This document shows positions 49,766 to 60,027 of a stretch of DNA of 64,000 bases, in pieces. Position 1 is the first letter of the stretch; each line of letters opens with the position of its first letter. Made by a program: the position numbers and the translations under genes. Source of the DNA: Spirochaetia bacterium (lineage in GTDB: Bacteria > Spirochaetota > Spirochaetia > CADAEX01); NCBI GenBank assembly GCA_963662265.2, contig CAXXHA010000029.1:64001-128000 (forward strand). The letters run 5' to 3'. The notes under the pieces were generated by a model that saw only the letters and a program-made list of their open reading frames with translations, did not search any database and was not told the DNA's origin.

Positions 49766-51030
49766 GAAATGAAAAGAACATCCCGTATATTGATTCTGAA
49801 ATAGGAAAGCTTGAAGAAGTTATTATTCATTCGCCTGGGGAAGAAATAGAGGTAATGACTCCGCAGACAGCGGAAAAACTGCTTTACAATGATATTCTTC
49901 CGCTTTTAGTTGTGGAGAAAGAGCATAATGTTCTTAAAGATTTTCTTAAGACTATTTCAAATGTGGTAGATGTGCGTGATGTTCTCTGTTCCCTTTCTGA
50001 AAACAAAGAGGCAAGAAAAACAATAATTGATGGAATAGAGGGAGGCAGTTCGCTTCCTGCAAGGCTTGATGAGCTTGAAGGGCTTGAATCTGATGAATTC
50101 TGCAGGATCCTTATAGAGGGGCTTAAAAGCAGAAAATCAACATTGAGTTCATTTCTGTCTGAGGAGGAATTTGATTATTTTCCTCTGCCTAACCTGTATT
50201 TTACAAGAGATTCTGCCATGGTTTTCAGGAACCTCGGTATTGCTGGTACCATGGCATACAAGGTCAGAAAATCTGAAAGCCTTCTGATGAAAACTATTTT
50301 CAGCAGTTACTACAAGCTTCCTGAAGAGCGAATCCTTTTCTACAATAATTCACTTATGGATAAGAAGGTTTCACTTGAGGGGGGAGATTTCCTGGTTTTT
50401 AACAGAAACACCCTTATAATAGGATTATCTGAAAGAACAAGTCCCGATGCTGTGGATCTTCTCCTTGAAAGACTTAAAAAGAAAATAGATGAACATATTA
50501 CTGTTTACTGCGTAATACTGCCCCGGAAGAGGGCAACAATACACCTTGATATGGTTTTTAATATAATCAACAGGAATGAAGTTCTTGTATATGAACCCTA
50601 TATATGCGGAGTTAATAAGCTCAGGTTTATAAAAATCACAACCGGAAGTTCGGGAAGCATAAAAATTAAAGAGATAGACAGCCTTCTGGGCGACCTTGAA
50701 AAGTCGGGATACATAATGAATCCTGTTTTCTGCGGAGGAGAAGATCCTATAAGACAGCAGCGTGAACAGTGGATGAGCGGAAATAACTTTTTCGCGTTTG
50801 AGCCCGGGAAAATAATAGGTTATGACTGTAATGCCGCTACACTGGAATCTCTTGAAAAATCGGGATATGCTGTGAAACCTGCTGAAATATTTATTGACGG
50901 CAGGGACAGTACTGATAACTACAGCAAGCTTGCAGTTACAATACCTGGTACAGAACTTGCCAGAGGCGGGGGCGGAGTCAGGTGTATGACAATGCCGGTA
51001 AGAAGGTCTCGAATTGACAGTATGGGATAG
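49762..51030 (+). CDS. arcA: Arginine deiminase
   Basis: SEIGKL, PNLYFTRD, LEGGD, HLD, REQW, ELARGGGGVRCMTMP. Confidence 0.92.
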   Translation: MRNEKNIPYIDSEIGKLEEVIIHSPGEEIEVMTPQTAEKLLYNDILPLLVVEKEHNVLKDFLKTISNVVDVRDVLCSLSENKEARKTIIDGIEGGSSLPARLDELEGLESDEFCRILIEGLKSRKSTLSSFLSEEEFDYFPLPNLYFTRDSAMVFRNLGIAGTMAYKVRKSESLLMKTIFSSYYKLPEERILFYNNSLMDKKVSLEGGDFLVFNRNTLIIGLSERTSPDAVDLLLERLKKKIDEHITVYCVILPRKRATIHLDMVFNIINRNEVLVYEPYICGVNKLRFIKITTGSSGSIKIKEIDSLLGDLEKSGYIMNPVFCGGEDPIRQQREQWMSGNNFFAFEPGKIIGYDCNAATLESLEKSGYAVKPAEIFIDGRDSTDNYSKLAVTIPGTELARGGGGVRCMTMPVRRSRIDSMG

Positions 51031-51043
51031 GTTTTAATTTATA

Positions 51044-51847
51044 ATGATCAGATATGCAGTGTTAGGCAGCGGTTCATCGGCAAATTCATATATAATTCAG
51101 TATGAACCATCGTTGGATAAAGAGACTACAATTACTGTTGTAATTGATAACGGTTTTTCTCTTCGTGAATTTACAAGAAGATCTGAATCAGCAGGATTCA
51201 ATCCTGCTGATATTGATTTTCTGTTCCTGACCCATGATCATGCAGATCATATAAAGGGGATAGGAAAGCTTTCGGAAAAATACAGAATACCTGTTGTAAT
51301 GAGCAGGGAAGCATCACTTAGCAATTCACATCTTGAAAGAATCCATGAATCGCTTGTTGTTGAAGAGGGAAGGGAATATTCCTACAACAGTCTTAATTTT
51401 TCCGTGTTCAGGACATTTCATGACTCAGCCGGTTCTGTTGGATACAGTTTCAACATACAGGGGAAAATATTTACAATAATCACAGATACAGGTGTGATAA
51501 CAGAAGAGATGGAAAAACATGCCTCTGTTTCCGATGTTCTTTTCCTGGAGGCAAACTACTGCCCTGATATGCTTGAAAACGGACCATATCCATGGTTTCT
51601 TAAAAACAGGATAGCCTCAGACCACGGGCATCTTTCAAACAATGATGCTGTTGAATTTATCGAAAAACTTCACAGTACAGAAAAAAAGGACAGGAAGATA
51701 TATCTCTGCCATCTATCAGATAAAAACAACTGCCCTGATAAGCTTGAATCACTTGTAAGAGAACGGTTAGGCGGAAATCCTGAAATTGACTGCAGAATAT
51801 GCAGAAAAGGGGAGACTGTGGAGGGTATTCCTGTTAAAATTAAATAA
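51044..51847 (+). CDS. MBL-fold metallohydrolase (YycJ/WalJ-like)
   Basis: LGSGSSAN, THDHADH, TDTG, LEANY, GHLSN, HLS. Confidence 0.9.
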   Translation: MIRYAVLGSGSSANSYIIQYEPSLDKETTITVVIDNGFSLREFTRRSESAGFNPADIDFLFLTHDHADHIKGIGKLSEKYRIPVVMSREASLSNSHLERIHESLVVEEGREYSYNSLNFSVFRTFHDSAGSVGYSFNIQGKIFTIITDTGVITEEMEKHASVSDVLFLEANYCPDMLENGPYPWFLKNRIASDHGHLSNNDAVEFIEKLHSTEKKDRKIYLCHLSDKNNCPDKLESLVRERLGGNPEIDCRICRKGETVEGIPVKIK

Positions 51848-51854
51848 GGGGGAT

Positions 51855-52409
51855 ATGATGAGTAAAAAAATATTAACTGTTCTGGCTGAAGGATTTGAAG
51901 AGATTGAAGCAGTAACACCTGTAGATCTTATGAAAAGGGCAGGTATTATTGTTGAGACAAGCGGAATAAAAGGTATTGATGTCTCAGGCTCTCATGATAT
52001 TTCTTTTATTGCAGATCATTCATTTGATGAAATATCTGATACCTATGATGGAATCTTTATTCCGGGGGGAATGCCCGGGTCCAGGAATATTGCAGAATGC
52101 AGGCCTGTAATGGAACTCATAAAAACAATGTATGGCGAAGGAAAGCTTGTATGTGCAATATGCGCAGCACCTGCTGTTGTACTTAATAAAACAGGAATTC
52201 TTGCAGGTAAAAAAGCTACATGCTATCCCGGTTTTGAAAAAGAGTTTGATGTAGATGTTGAATTTACCGAAGAGCGGGTCGTTGTGGACGGCAATGTAAT
52301 TACTTCCCGCGGCGCAGGTACTGCAGCGGATTTTTCACACGCTCTTATTGAGTATCTTATAGACAGGGAAACAGCAGACAAGGTACTTAAAGCGACCCTT
52401 TACATGTAG
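51855..52409 (+). CDS. DJ-1/ThiJ/PfpI family protein
   Basis: GFEEIEA, PGGMPG, AICAAP, TCYPG, TSRGAG; SD AGGGGG. Confidence 0.93.
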   Translation: MMSKKILTVLAEGFEEIEAVTPVDLMKRAGIIVETSGIKGIDVSGSHDISFIADHSFDEISDTYDGIFIPGGMPGSRNIAECRPVMELIKTMYGEGKLVCAICAAPAVVLNKTGILAGKKATCYPGFEKEFDVDVEFTEERVVVDGNVITSRGAGTAADFSHALIEYLIDRETADKVLKATLYM

Positions 52410-52522
52410 CAGTAATATTGGGGATAATTTCCCCGAAGATCTTTTTTTAAATATCAAAAGAGAACAATTTCATTGAAAAATGAAGATTGCAGATAAAATA
52501 TATTAAACAGATATATCCAATT

Positions 52523-52563
52523 AAAAACCGCTGAAACCTGAATGGAATCAGCGGTTTTATTTT
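52523..52563 (+). terminator. Terminator of the arcA...DJ-1 unit
   Basis: AAAACCGCTGA...TCAGCGGTTTT followed by ATTTT. Confidence 0.7.
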
Positions 52564-52596
52564 ACCCTGTTTACAGCAGCAAACTTCAGGGAAGGC

Positions 52597-52633
52597 AAAA
52601 AAAACGCTGCAGCCTCAATGAGGAGCAGCGTTT
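52597..52633 (-). terminator. Terminator of ackA
   Basis: AAACGCTGC...GCAGCGTTT with U8 on the minus strand. Confidence 0.75.
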
Positions 52634-52685
52634 CCCGTATTGTGAAGTGTGCTTATTACACTAACAGTACAGATTAATCCATAAC

Positions 52686-54029
52686 TTAAGCTTTTTTACC
52701 TTTTACAGTAATATCTTTAAGACCTGGAAACTTTTTAACATCTTTAGCAGATGATTCAATTCGTGCATGATTTTCATATGCAGGATCCTGGAAACTGTAT
52801 TTGAAGTTTGTGTGTACATCATATGTTCCGTCAAGAAGAGCTTTTGTGTCTTCTGTCATTACAAGTTCTTCATCTGTGGGAATTACAAATACCTTGATTT
52901 TTGAATCAGGAGCTGTAATTTCTGTTTCGAGGTACTTGGACATTGAGTTTTTGTTTTTTTCCGGATCAATCTTGATTCCGAACTCTTCTAGTCCTTCAGT
53001 TGCAAGAAGCCTTGTAACAGGTCCTCTTTCACCAACACCTGCTGTAAATACAATAGCATCTACTCTGCCGAGTGCGAATGAGTAAGCACCGATGTATTTT
53101 CTGATTCTGTAAGATTCCATTTCCTGTGCCAGAATAGCTCTTTCATTGCCTTCTTCAGCAGCAATTTCAATGTCTCTTCTGTCAGTCCATTTTTCTGTAA
53201 TACCGAGAACGCCGCATTTTTTGTTGAGTGTAGTTTCCATTTCTGAAGGAGCCATTCCTGTTTTGTTCATCATGAAGAAAGGAATAGCAGGATCCATGTC
53301 GCCGCTTCGTGTTCCCATTACAAGACCTTCGAGAGGTGTGAGACCCATTGATGTGTCATAAGACTGACCGTTCTTAACTGCATTGATACTTGAACCGTTA
53401 CCGATGTGAGCAATAATAACATTTGTTTCAAATGGATCCTTGCCGAGAAGAGCAGCAGCTCTTTTTGCTGTGTAGAGGAATGAAGTTCCATGGAAACCAT
53501 ATCTTCTCACACCGTATTTCTTGTACCATTCATATGGTGTTGCATAAAGGAATGATTTGTTAGGCATTGTCTGGTGCCATGCAGTATCCATGATTGCACA
53601 GTGAGGTACATCTGGAAGTTCTGCCTGAGCAGCTTTGATACCTATGATGTTCGCAGGGTTGTGAAGAGGTGCAAGGTCAGAGATTTCTTCAAAGCTCTTG
53701 ATTACCTCATCATCAATAAGAACTGATTTGTTGAATTTTTCTCCGCCGTGTACAACTCTGTGACCAACAGCTTTAATATCGCTGATAGCATTGATTGCAG
53801 CAACTTCCTTATCAACAAGAGTATTCATAATCAGGTCGATTGCTTCTTTGTGAGTAGGACAGTCATGTTCAAGAACATATTCCTCTTTTCCTGGTGTCTG
53901 ATTTTTAATTACAGAATTTGCAGCTGCAATTCTTTCTACAATACCTGTTGCAAGGACAGCTTTTTTGTCCCAGTCATATACCTGGTATTTCAGTGATGAA
54001 CTACCGCAGTTTAATACGAGAATTATCAA
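52686..54029 (-). CDS. ackA: Acetate kinase
   Basis: LNCGSSSLKY, GHRVVHGGE, LAPLHNPAN, RRYGFHGTS, DTSMGLTPLEG, PTDEEL; TTG start with SD GGAGG. Confidence 0.98.
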   Translation of the reverse strand: MIILVLNCGSSSLKYQVYDWDKKAVLATGIVERIAAANSVIKNQTPGKEEYVLEHDCPTHKEAIDLIMNTLVDKEVAAINAISDIKAVGHRVVHGGEKFNKSVLIDDEVIKSFEEISDLAPLHNPANIIGIKAAQAELPDVPHCAIMDTAWHQTMPNKSFLYATPYEWYKKYGVRRYGFHGTSFLYTAKRAAALLGKDPFETNVIIAHIGNGSSINAVKNGQSYDTSMGLTPLEGLVMGTRSGDMDPAIPFFMMNKTGMAPSEMETTLNKKCGVLGITEKWTDRRDIEIAAEEGNERAILAQEMESYRIRKYIGAYSFALGRVDAIVFTAGVGERGPVTRLLATEGLEEFGIKIDPEKNKNSMSKYLETEITAPDSKIKVFVIPTDEELVMTEDTKALLDGTYDVHTNFKYSFQDPAYENHARIESSAKDVKKFPGLKDITVKGKKA

Positions 54030-54226
54030 AATTTTCCTCCGGAAATTATTATATGTAAGGTTAATGTTACCTCTTTTAAACTAATTTATCATTAAATAGA
54101 AAAAAAAGACAATATTCATGATGCTTAAAAAGCTTATGCTGGTGTTAAAATTGCTTTTTTGTCTGATAAATACCCGGTTGAATTAATTGATGAAGTAGTT
54201 GATATCAATCACCGGTAAAGAGATAT

Positions 54227-55633
54227 GTGAAAATTAAATACTTTATAACAATACTTTTATTTACATTATCTGTTTCTGAAATCTGCGGACAGGAAAAAAT
54301 ATCATGCAATATCAGGACCAGCAATAATGCATTAACATGTTTAAAAGATGAAAAACCGGGAGAATTTTTAAGGGAAAGAGCATCTTTTGAAATTGAGGAA
54401 AATTATTCAAATATAACCGGCTATTCGGGAAAAATATCCTGTGATTATATGAAATACAGAATTACAGTCATGGATTTCAGGGATGATCCTTCAGGAAAAA
54501 AGGAGGATAAAACTGTTTACAGCTTCTACTCACCAGTAATTTCTGCAGGCCGTTTCAGAAAGAAAGGTTTGTACAGGGAAATAACAAATCCATCTTCATG
54601 GTATGCAGGTTCTGAAACTTATACTGACTTCTCTGAACTTGCAGAAGACTGTACTCTGAACAGAAACGGAAAATGGGGTATTATTCTATCGCCCTGTAAC
54701 AATATTACAGCATATGCATCTGCCGATGAGAATGATGATTACAGGATAATCGAAAAAGGGGGAGGCCTGTCTTTCTCTATGCCTGATGAAACTCATATTA
54801 CAGCTGTTATATCTGAATCAATTTATGATGAAACATCGGATGACAGCTGGTACAGAAACAGAAATTATCAGTACGGGTATAAAATATGCAACAGCGCTGT
54901 TCAGATATCCCGGAAAACAGGATTTTTAATCAATTCATTTTCAGCAGGTATATCGTATGGAAAATGTTTTAAAACCGGTAAATACTTTCGGTATCATCCT
55001 TCTGCAGACCTGGGTCCCCTGATGCTTTTCTTCCTTGTATCGTGGTCAGACTGCAGTTACAGAAAGCCATTCCGGGGTTATCCCTCTGTAAAGCTGAGGC
55101 GCGGATTTAAAGGGGAATATGAGGTATGTAAATATATCAATATTGAAGCTGGATATAATATTGATATTTACCACCCTGAATACCTTTCTGATATTAAAAA
55201 CAGGAAAGGAGAGAAAATGTTTGTAAAGATGGAATATGATAACGACCTGTTTGTTTTCTCCCCCTATGCAGAAAGGAATAACTGTATTGAAGCAGAGGAA
55301 TACATAAGCAAGGATTGTTTCGGATGCAGAACAGGTATAAGGGGGGATTTTATAGGGTTCGGTTTTAATCCTGAATACATTTACATGCAGAAAAAACCTG
55401 TATCGAGAAAAGCTGTATATGATTGTTATCTGACAGATGGAACAATTAAAGTTGATTTGTGCTGCCGGAGGACTGAGAATGAAAAAATTGAAAACCTTGT
55501 GAAGGGGAAGCTGAGTTTTACATCTGAAAAAATAAAAATATACTCAGCAGGTGAATATGAAACTGTTGATGAGAATGGGGTGAATCTGAAATCTGTTTTC
55601 CGCTTCTCAGCGGGGGGGGGACTGAACTGGTGA
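54227..55633 (+). CDS. Hypothetical exported protein, possible outer-membrane beta-barrel
   Basis: Signal peptide, Tyr/Gly-rich alternating strands, terminal Trp. Confidence 0.65.
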   Translation: MKIKYFITILLFTLSVSEICGQEKISCNIRTSNNALTCLKDEKPGEFLRERASFEIEENYSNITGYSGKISCDYMKYRITVMDFRDDPSGKKEDKTVYSFYSPVISAGRFRKKGLYREITNPSSWYAGSETYTDFSELAEDCTLNRNGKWGIILSPCNNITAYASADENDDYRIIEKGGGLSFSMPDETHITAVISESIYDETSDDSWYRNRNYQYGYKICNSAVQISRKTGFLINSFSAGISYGKCFKTGKYFRYHPSADLGPLMLFFLVSWSDCSYRKPFRGYPSVKLRRGFKGEYEVCKYINIEAGYNIDIYHPEYLSDIKNRKGEKMFVKMEYDNDLFVFSPYAERNNCIEAEEYISKDCFGCRTGIRGDFIGFGFNPEYIYMQKKPVSRKAVYDCYLTDGTIKVDLCCRRTENEKIENLVKGKLSFTSEKIKIYSAGEYETVDENGVNLKSVFRFSAGGGLNW

Positions 55634-56980
55634 TTATATATTCAGAAAGAATTTTGCTGATTCAAAATAAATTGTCAGACCGAATATATCGATTACTGTA
55701 GCCATTAGAGGCCCGGACATTACAGTAGGATCATATCCCATCCTGTGAATAAGAAGAGGTGCAAGCGCCCCTACAAGGCTTGAGAATATAACAACAAAGC
55801 ACAATGATATTGATATTGCTGCTGCCTGAAAAAGCTGTATACCCGGCGGCAGAAACATTCCCCTTGCCAGAATCACAAGTCCTGTTCCGAGTCCCATAAT
55901 AAGCCCTACAGATATCTCCTTAAGCATTATTACCCATATATCCTTGAAATGGATCTCTTCAGTCGCAAGCCCCCTGATCATCAGGGTTGATGACTGGTTT
56001 CCGGAATTACCACCTGTCTGGGTAATGACAGGCATAAACATGAAAAGAAAGGCAGCGCCGATAATAATATCTTCATAGTGATGAAGCACATTTGTAGTTA
56101 TTGTTCCGAAAAGGAGGAGTATTATCAGCCACGGTATCCTCTTTTTCACGAGACCTATTATTGATGTTTCAAGGTAGGGGAGTGAATCTCCGCCCATGGC
56201 TCCCATTTTATAGAGGTCCTCTGTCTGTTCCTCCCTGATTACATCAATTACATCATCAAAAGTAATAATACCCAGAAGTACATTGTTTTCATCAACTACC
56301 GGCATGGCAAGCAGGTTATAGGTTTCAAGTGTTTTTGCTACCTCTTCCTGGTCAGTTTCTTCACGTACAGAAATTATATCCCTCTCCATGATATCTGCAA
56401 TAAGCTGATCATCTTCCGATGCAAGGATTTCCCTTAGCGAAACAACGCCTATCAGCCTTTTGAGCTGGTCCACTACATAGAAGTAGTAGACAGTTTCTAT
56501 CTCTTCCATTCCCGAACGGACAAAGTTAAGTGCCTGTTTGACTTTTATAGTGGGTTTTATTGCAATATAACGGGGGGTCATCAGACCTGCAGCATCATCT
56601 TCATCAAACCTCAACAGGAAGAGGGACTCTTTTTTTGCCTCATTGGAAAGGTTTTCCCAGACAGATTTTCTGACATCAGATGAAACAGACTGTATAAAGT
56701 CTACAAGGTCATCAGGTTCCATTTCATTTAAAAGCTGCTTGATTGATTCTTCTGTCAGTTCCTCGAGAATTCTTTCCTGTTCCTTGTAGGAGAGAGCGTT
56801 AATAAGGTCAACTTTCATCTCAAGGTTCAGGTTTTTAAATACAACAATGGATTCCTCGTCACTGAAATTATCCCAGTTTTCAATAAGATCCTGGAGAGAC
56901 CATTCCTCCAGAAGGTTTTTGATCTCGTCCGGTTTGAGGAGATTAATGTATTCTTTAATATTCTGAATCTTGTTTATCAT
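55634..56980 (-). CDS. mgtE: Magnesium transporter MgtE
   Basis: MgtE_N, CBS pair, GGNSGNQS, DPTVMSGPLMATVID. Confidence 0.96.
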   Translation of the reverse strand: MINKIQNIKEYINLLKPDEIKNLLEEWSLQDLIENWDNFSDEESIVVFKNLNLEMKVDLINALSYKEQERILEELTEESIKQLLNEMEPDDLVDFIQSVSSDVRKSVWENLSNEAKKESLFLLRFDEDDAAGLMTPRYIAIKPTIKVKQALNFVRSGMEEIETVYYFYVVDQLKRLIGVVSLREILASEDDQLIADIMERDIISVREETDQEEVAKTLETYNLLAMPVVDENNVLLGIITFDDVIDVIREEQTEDLYKMGAMGGDSLPYLETSIIGLVKKRIPWLIILLLFGTITTNVLHHYEDIIIGAAFLFMFMPVITQTGGNSGNQSSTLMIRGLATEEIHFKDIWVIMLKEISVGLIMGLGTGLVILARGMFLPPGIQLFQAAAISISLCFVVIFSSLVGALAPLLIHRMGYDPTVMSGPLMATVIDIFGLTIYFESAKFFLNI

Positions 56981-57981
56981 TTTACCTCCTCATCAACATA
57001 AATCACTTCTCTTTCAAGCTGAAATCCGTAAGTGTTGAAAACCCTGTCTGATACATAATCTATAAGCTTTTTTATGTCCTTTGCTGATGCATTTCCCTTG
57101 TTGACAATAATATTTGCGTGTTTTTCCGATACTGCCGCGTCTCCTACAGAATAACCCCGGAGTCCGAGCCTGTCGATTATCCTGCCTGTCGGTTCGCCGA
57201 AATCCCTGTTATTCTTGAAAACCGAACCTGCACATGGATAAAGGTAATGCCCTTTAGACTTTCTTTCCTCTTTATATGAAAACATTTTTTCGCTGAGGTC
57301 AGGTGATGATGATTTTTTCAGAGAAAACAGGGCATCTGTTATTATAACATTTTTATTCTGAAACGGGGATTTTTTATAGGCAAAGTCATTGCTGCAGAAT
57401 AAATATTCCTTCTTATAAGAATTTTCATCAATATAGCACACAGTCTTAATTCTTTCTGATATTGATACTCCGTAGCACCTTGCATTCATATATATACTGC
57501 CGCCCACAAAACCGGGCATGCCGTAGAAATTCTCAAGACCCTCAAGACCTTTCAGAGTACAGAGTTTTGCAAGACTGCTTATCCTGACACCTGCAGCTGC
57601 TCTGATTACAACTTCATCATTCTTAAGGCTGTCTGCCTGATGTGATGACTCTTCTGAAGTCTCAGGGCTGAAATCACTTTCACGTTTTTCCCCTGGCCTG
57701 GTTATAATATCAAAGGAATTCAAAAGCGAAGTATCAAGAATTATACCCCTGTATCCCCTGTCAGAAAAAAGAATGTTTGCTCCCTCTCCAAGCGGGTACA
57801 GCGGTATATTTTCACAATCAGTAATTTTTTTGATATGAATTATATCTTCAGATGATTTTACCCTTACATATGCATCTGCATTTCCCCCGATTTTAAAGGT
57901 TGAATGCTCTGATAAAGGTTCATCAAAGAGGATTTCACTGTCAATATTGATTTTATTGAATAATTTTCGTAAACTTTTCAC
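56977..57981 (-). CDS. murB: UDP-N-acetylenolpyruvoylglucosamine reductase
   Basis: HSTFKIGG, GEGANILFSD, GGSIYMNA, CAGSVFKN, VSEKHAN, LEREV. Confidence 0.96.
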   Translation of the reverse strand: MKSLRKLFNKINIDSEILFDEPLSEHSTFKIGGNADAYVRVKSSEDIIHIKKITDCENIPLYPLGEGANILFSDRGYRGIILDTSLLNSFDIITRPGEKRESDFSPETSEESSHQADSLKNDEVVIRAAAGVRISSLAKLCTLKGLEGLENFYGMPGFVGGSIYMNARCYGVSISERIKTVCYIDENSYKKEYLFCSNDFAYKKSPFQNKNVIITDALFSLKKSSSPDLSEKMFSYKEERKSKGHYLYPCAGSVFKNNRDFGEPTGRIIDRLGLRGYSVGDAAVSEKHANIIVNKGNASAKDIKKLIDYVSDRVFNTYGFQLEREVIYVDEEVK

Positions 57982-58059
57982 ATTGCTAATGATACTTATT
58001 AATAAAATAAGTTTCCATATATTATTTTAATTATCTTGATTTTTACAGGGAGTTTTTAA

Positions 58060-59475
58060 GTGGCTTTAAAACTATACAATACTATGGGCAGATCAATGCA
58101 GGATTTCAAACCTATCGATGAATCAGAAGTGGGACTCTACGGATGCGGACCGACTGTCTATAACTACGCTCATATAGGAAACCTTAAAACTTATGTTTTT
58201 GAAGATCTTTTAAGAAGGACTCTCGAATACCTTGGTTACAATGTCAAACATGTTATGAATATAACAGATGTCGGGCACCTTACTGATGATGCTGATGACG
58301 GTGAGGACAAAATGGAAAAAAGCGCACGTGAAACAGGCAGGACTGTCTGGGAAATTGCAGAGTTTTTTACCAGGGCTTTCTTTGATGATACAAAAAAACT
58401 CAATATTCTCACTCCCCATGTAAGCTGTAAGGCAACTGAACATATTCAGGATATGATTGATCTTATCAAGACTCTTGAAGACAGGGGATTTACCTATGAA
58501 GCAGGTGGAAATATCTATTTTTCCATTGACAAGTTTCCCGATTACGGAAAACTGGCACTCCTTGACAGGCAGAAGCTTTCTGCAGGTGCAAGAATAGAAG
58601 TTGACAGCAACAAGAAGAATCCCCATGACTTTGTACTCTGGTTTACAAATTCGAAATTTGAAAATCACGCAATGCTCTGGGACTCTCCATGGGGGAAGGG
58701 ATATCCAGGCTGGCACATTGAATGCAGTGCTATGAGCAGAAGATATCTGGGGGATCAGTTTGATATACACTGCGGCGGCATTGACCATGTAAATATCCAT
58801 CATACAAATGAAATAGCACAGACAGAGGCTGCTACAGGTAAGAAATGGGTTAATTACTGGCTTCACGGGGAGTTTCTGGTAATGAACAAGGCAAAAATGG
58901 CAAAATCTGCAGGTAATTTTCTCACACTTGCTGTTCTTGAGGAAAAGGGATATAACCCCCTCGATTACAGATATTTCTGCCTGGGCGGTCATTACAGAAG
59001 CCAGCTCCAGTTCAGCTGGGAGTCGCTTGACAGTGCAAAGACTGCCAGAAACAACCTTGTAGAGAAGGTGAGAAATCTGCTTGAAAAAGGAAAGAAAGCA
59101 GATATATCAAATATAGGCAGTGCGGCGGGAAAATATTGTGAGGATTTCAGAAACAGTATTAATGATGATCTGAACCTGCCGAAAGCTCTTGCTGTTGTAT
59201 GGACACTTTTAAAGGACAAAGAGATATCAGAAGATGAAAAACTCACTCTGATTCTTGATTTTGACCGTGTTCTGGGGCTTGATCTTGAGAATACAGCATC
59301 TGCCGAAGAAAAGGCTGATGATGTGGATCAGAAAGTTCTTGATCTTATTGAAGAACGAGCCGAAGCAAGAAAAAACAGGGATTTTGCGAAGTCAGATGAA
59401 ATCAGAGATACGCTGAAAGAGATGGGTATTGAGATAAAAGACACTGCTGACGGAACAAAATGGAAAAAAATGTAA
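58060..59475 (+). CDS. cysS: Cysteine--tRNA ligase
   Basis: CGPTVY..AHIGN, PGWHIECSAMS, HHTNE, KMAKS. Confidence 0.99.
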   Translation: MALKLYNTMGRSMQDFKPIDESEVGLYGCGPTVYNYAHIGNLKTYVFEDLLRRTLEYLGYNVKHVMNITDVGHLTDDADDGEDKMEKSARETGRTVWEIAEFFTRAFFDDTKKLNILTPHVSCKATEHIQDMIDLIKTLEDRGFTYEAGGNIYFSIDKFPDYGKLALLDRQKLSAGARIEVDSNKKNPHDFVLWFTNSKFENHAMLWDSPWGKGYPGWHIECSAMSRRYLGDQFDIHCGGIDHVNIHHTNEIAQTEAATGKKWVNYWLHGEFLVMNKAKMAKSAGNFLTLAVLEEKGYNPLDYRYFCLGGHYRSQLQFSWESLDSAKTARNNLVEKVRNLLEKGKKADISNIGSAAGKYCEDFRNSINDDLNLPKALAVVWTLLKDKEISEDEKLTLILDFDRVLGLDLENTASAEEKADDVDQKVLDLIEERAEARKNRDFAKSDEIRDTLKEMGIEIKDTADGTKWKKM

Positions 59476-59502
59476 CTTAAACAGTTTGAAGTTGTTTACT
59501 AT

Positions 59503-60027
59503 ATGAAAAAATTGGATGATACGCAGTCATTTGAGCAGCTGTACAATGAAGTTTTTCCGATTGTATACCGGGTTTCCTATCATATCACAGGGGATTCGGG
59601 TGCTGCTGAAGATATCTGCCAGGAAGCATTTATAAAATATTACAACAGGCCTGTGCCGCTGCCCTCAATGAATGATGCTAAATACTGGCTTATCAGGGTG
59701 GTTAAAAATTTATCATTCAATTACGGGAAAAGAGAAAAGAGAAAACTTAAAGTTTTTGACAAAATAAAAAATGAACCCTATTATTCTGATGAAACAGGGG
59801 AAAAGGAAATTTTAAAGAAAGAAACTAAAGAGACAGTGAACAGACTTCTTGAACAACTGCCTGAAAAATTAAAAGCTCCTCTTGTACTGCGTGAATTCAG
59901 CGGTCTTAATTATAAAGAAATATCAAAAGTGCTTGGAATCAGTGAAAGTAATGTTAAAGTGCGTATATTCAGAGCACGGGAGAATATTCAAAAGATGATT
60001 GATAAAGGAGATATATATGTGCCCTGA
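59503..60027 (+). CDS. ECF RNA polymerase sigma factor
   Basis: AEDICQEAF, WLIRVVKN, LNYKEIS..LG.SE..VKVRIFRAR. Confidence 0.95.
   Translation: MKKLDDTQSFEQLYNEVFPIVYRVSYHITGDSGAAEDICQEAFIKYYNRPVPLPSMNDAKYWLIRVVKNLSFNYGKREKRKLKVFDKIKNEPYYSDETGEKEILKKETKETVNRLLEQLPEKLKAPLVLREFSGLNYKEISKVLGISESNVKVRIFRARENIQKMIDKGDIYVP

Noticed and set aside
58210-58992. 260-aa ORF antisense to cysS (likewise 31688-32344, 43446-44021, 2346-2801 and other shadow ORFs)
   Set aside because: Antisense shadows of well-supported genes with no motifs or RBS
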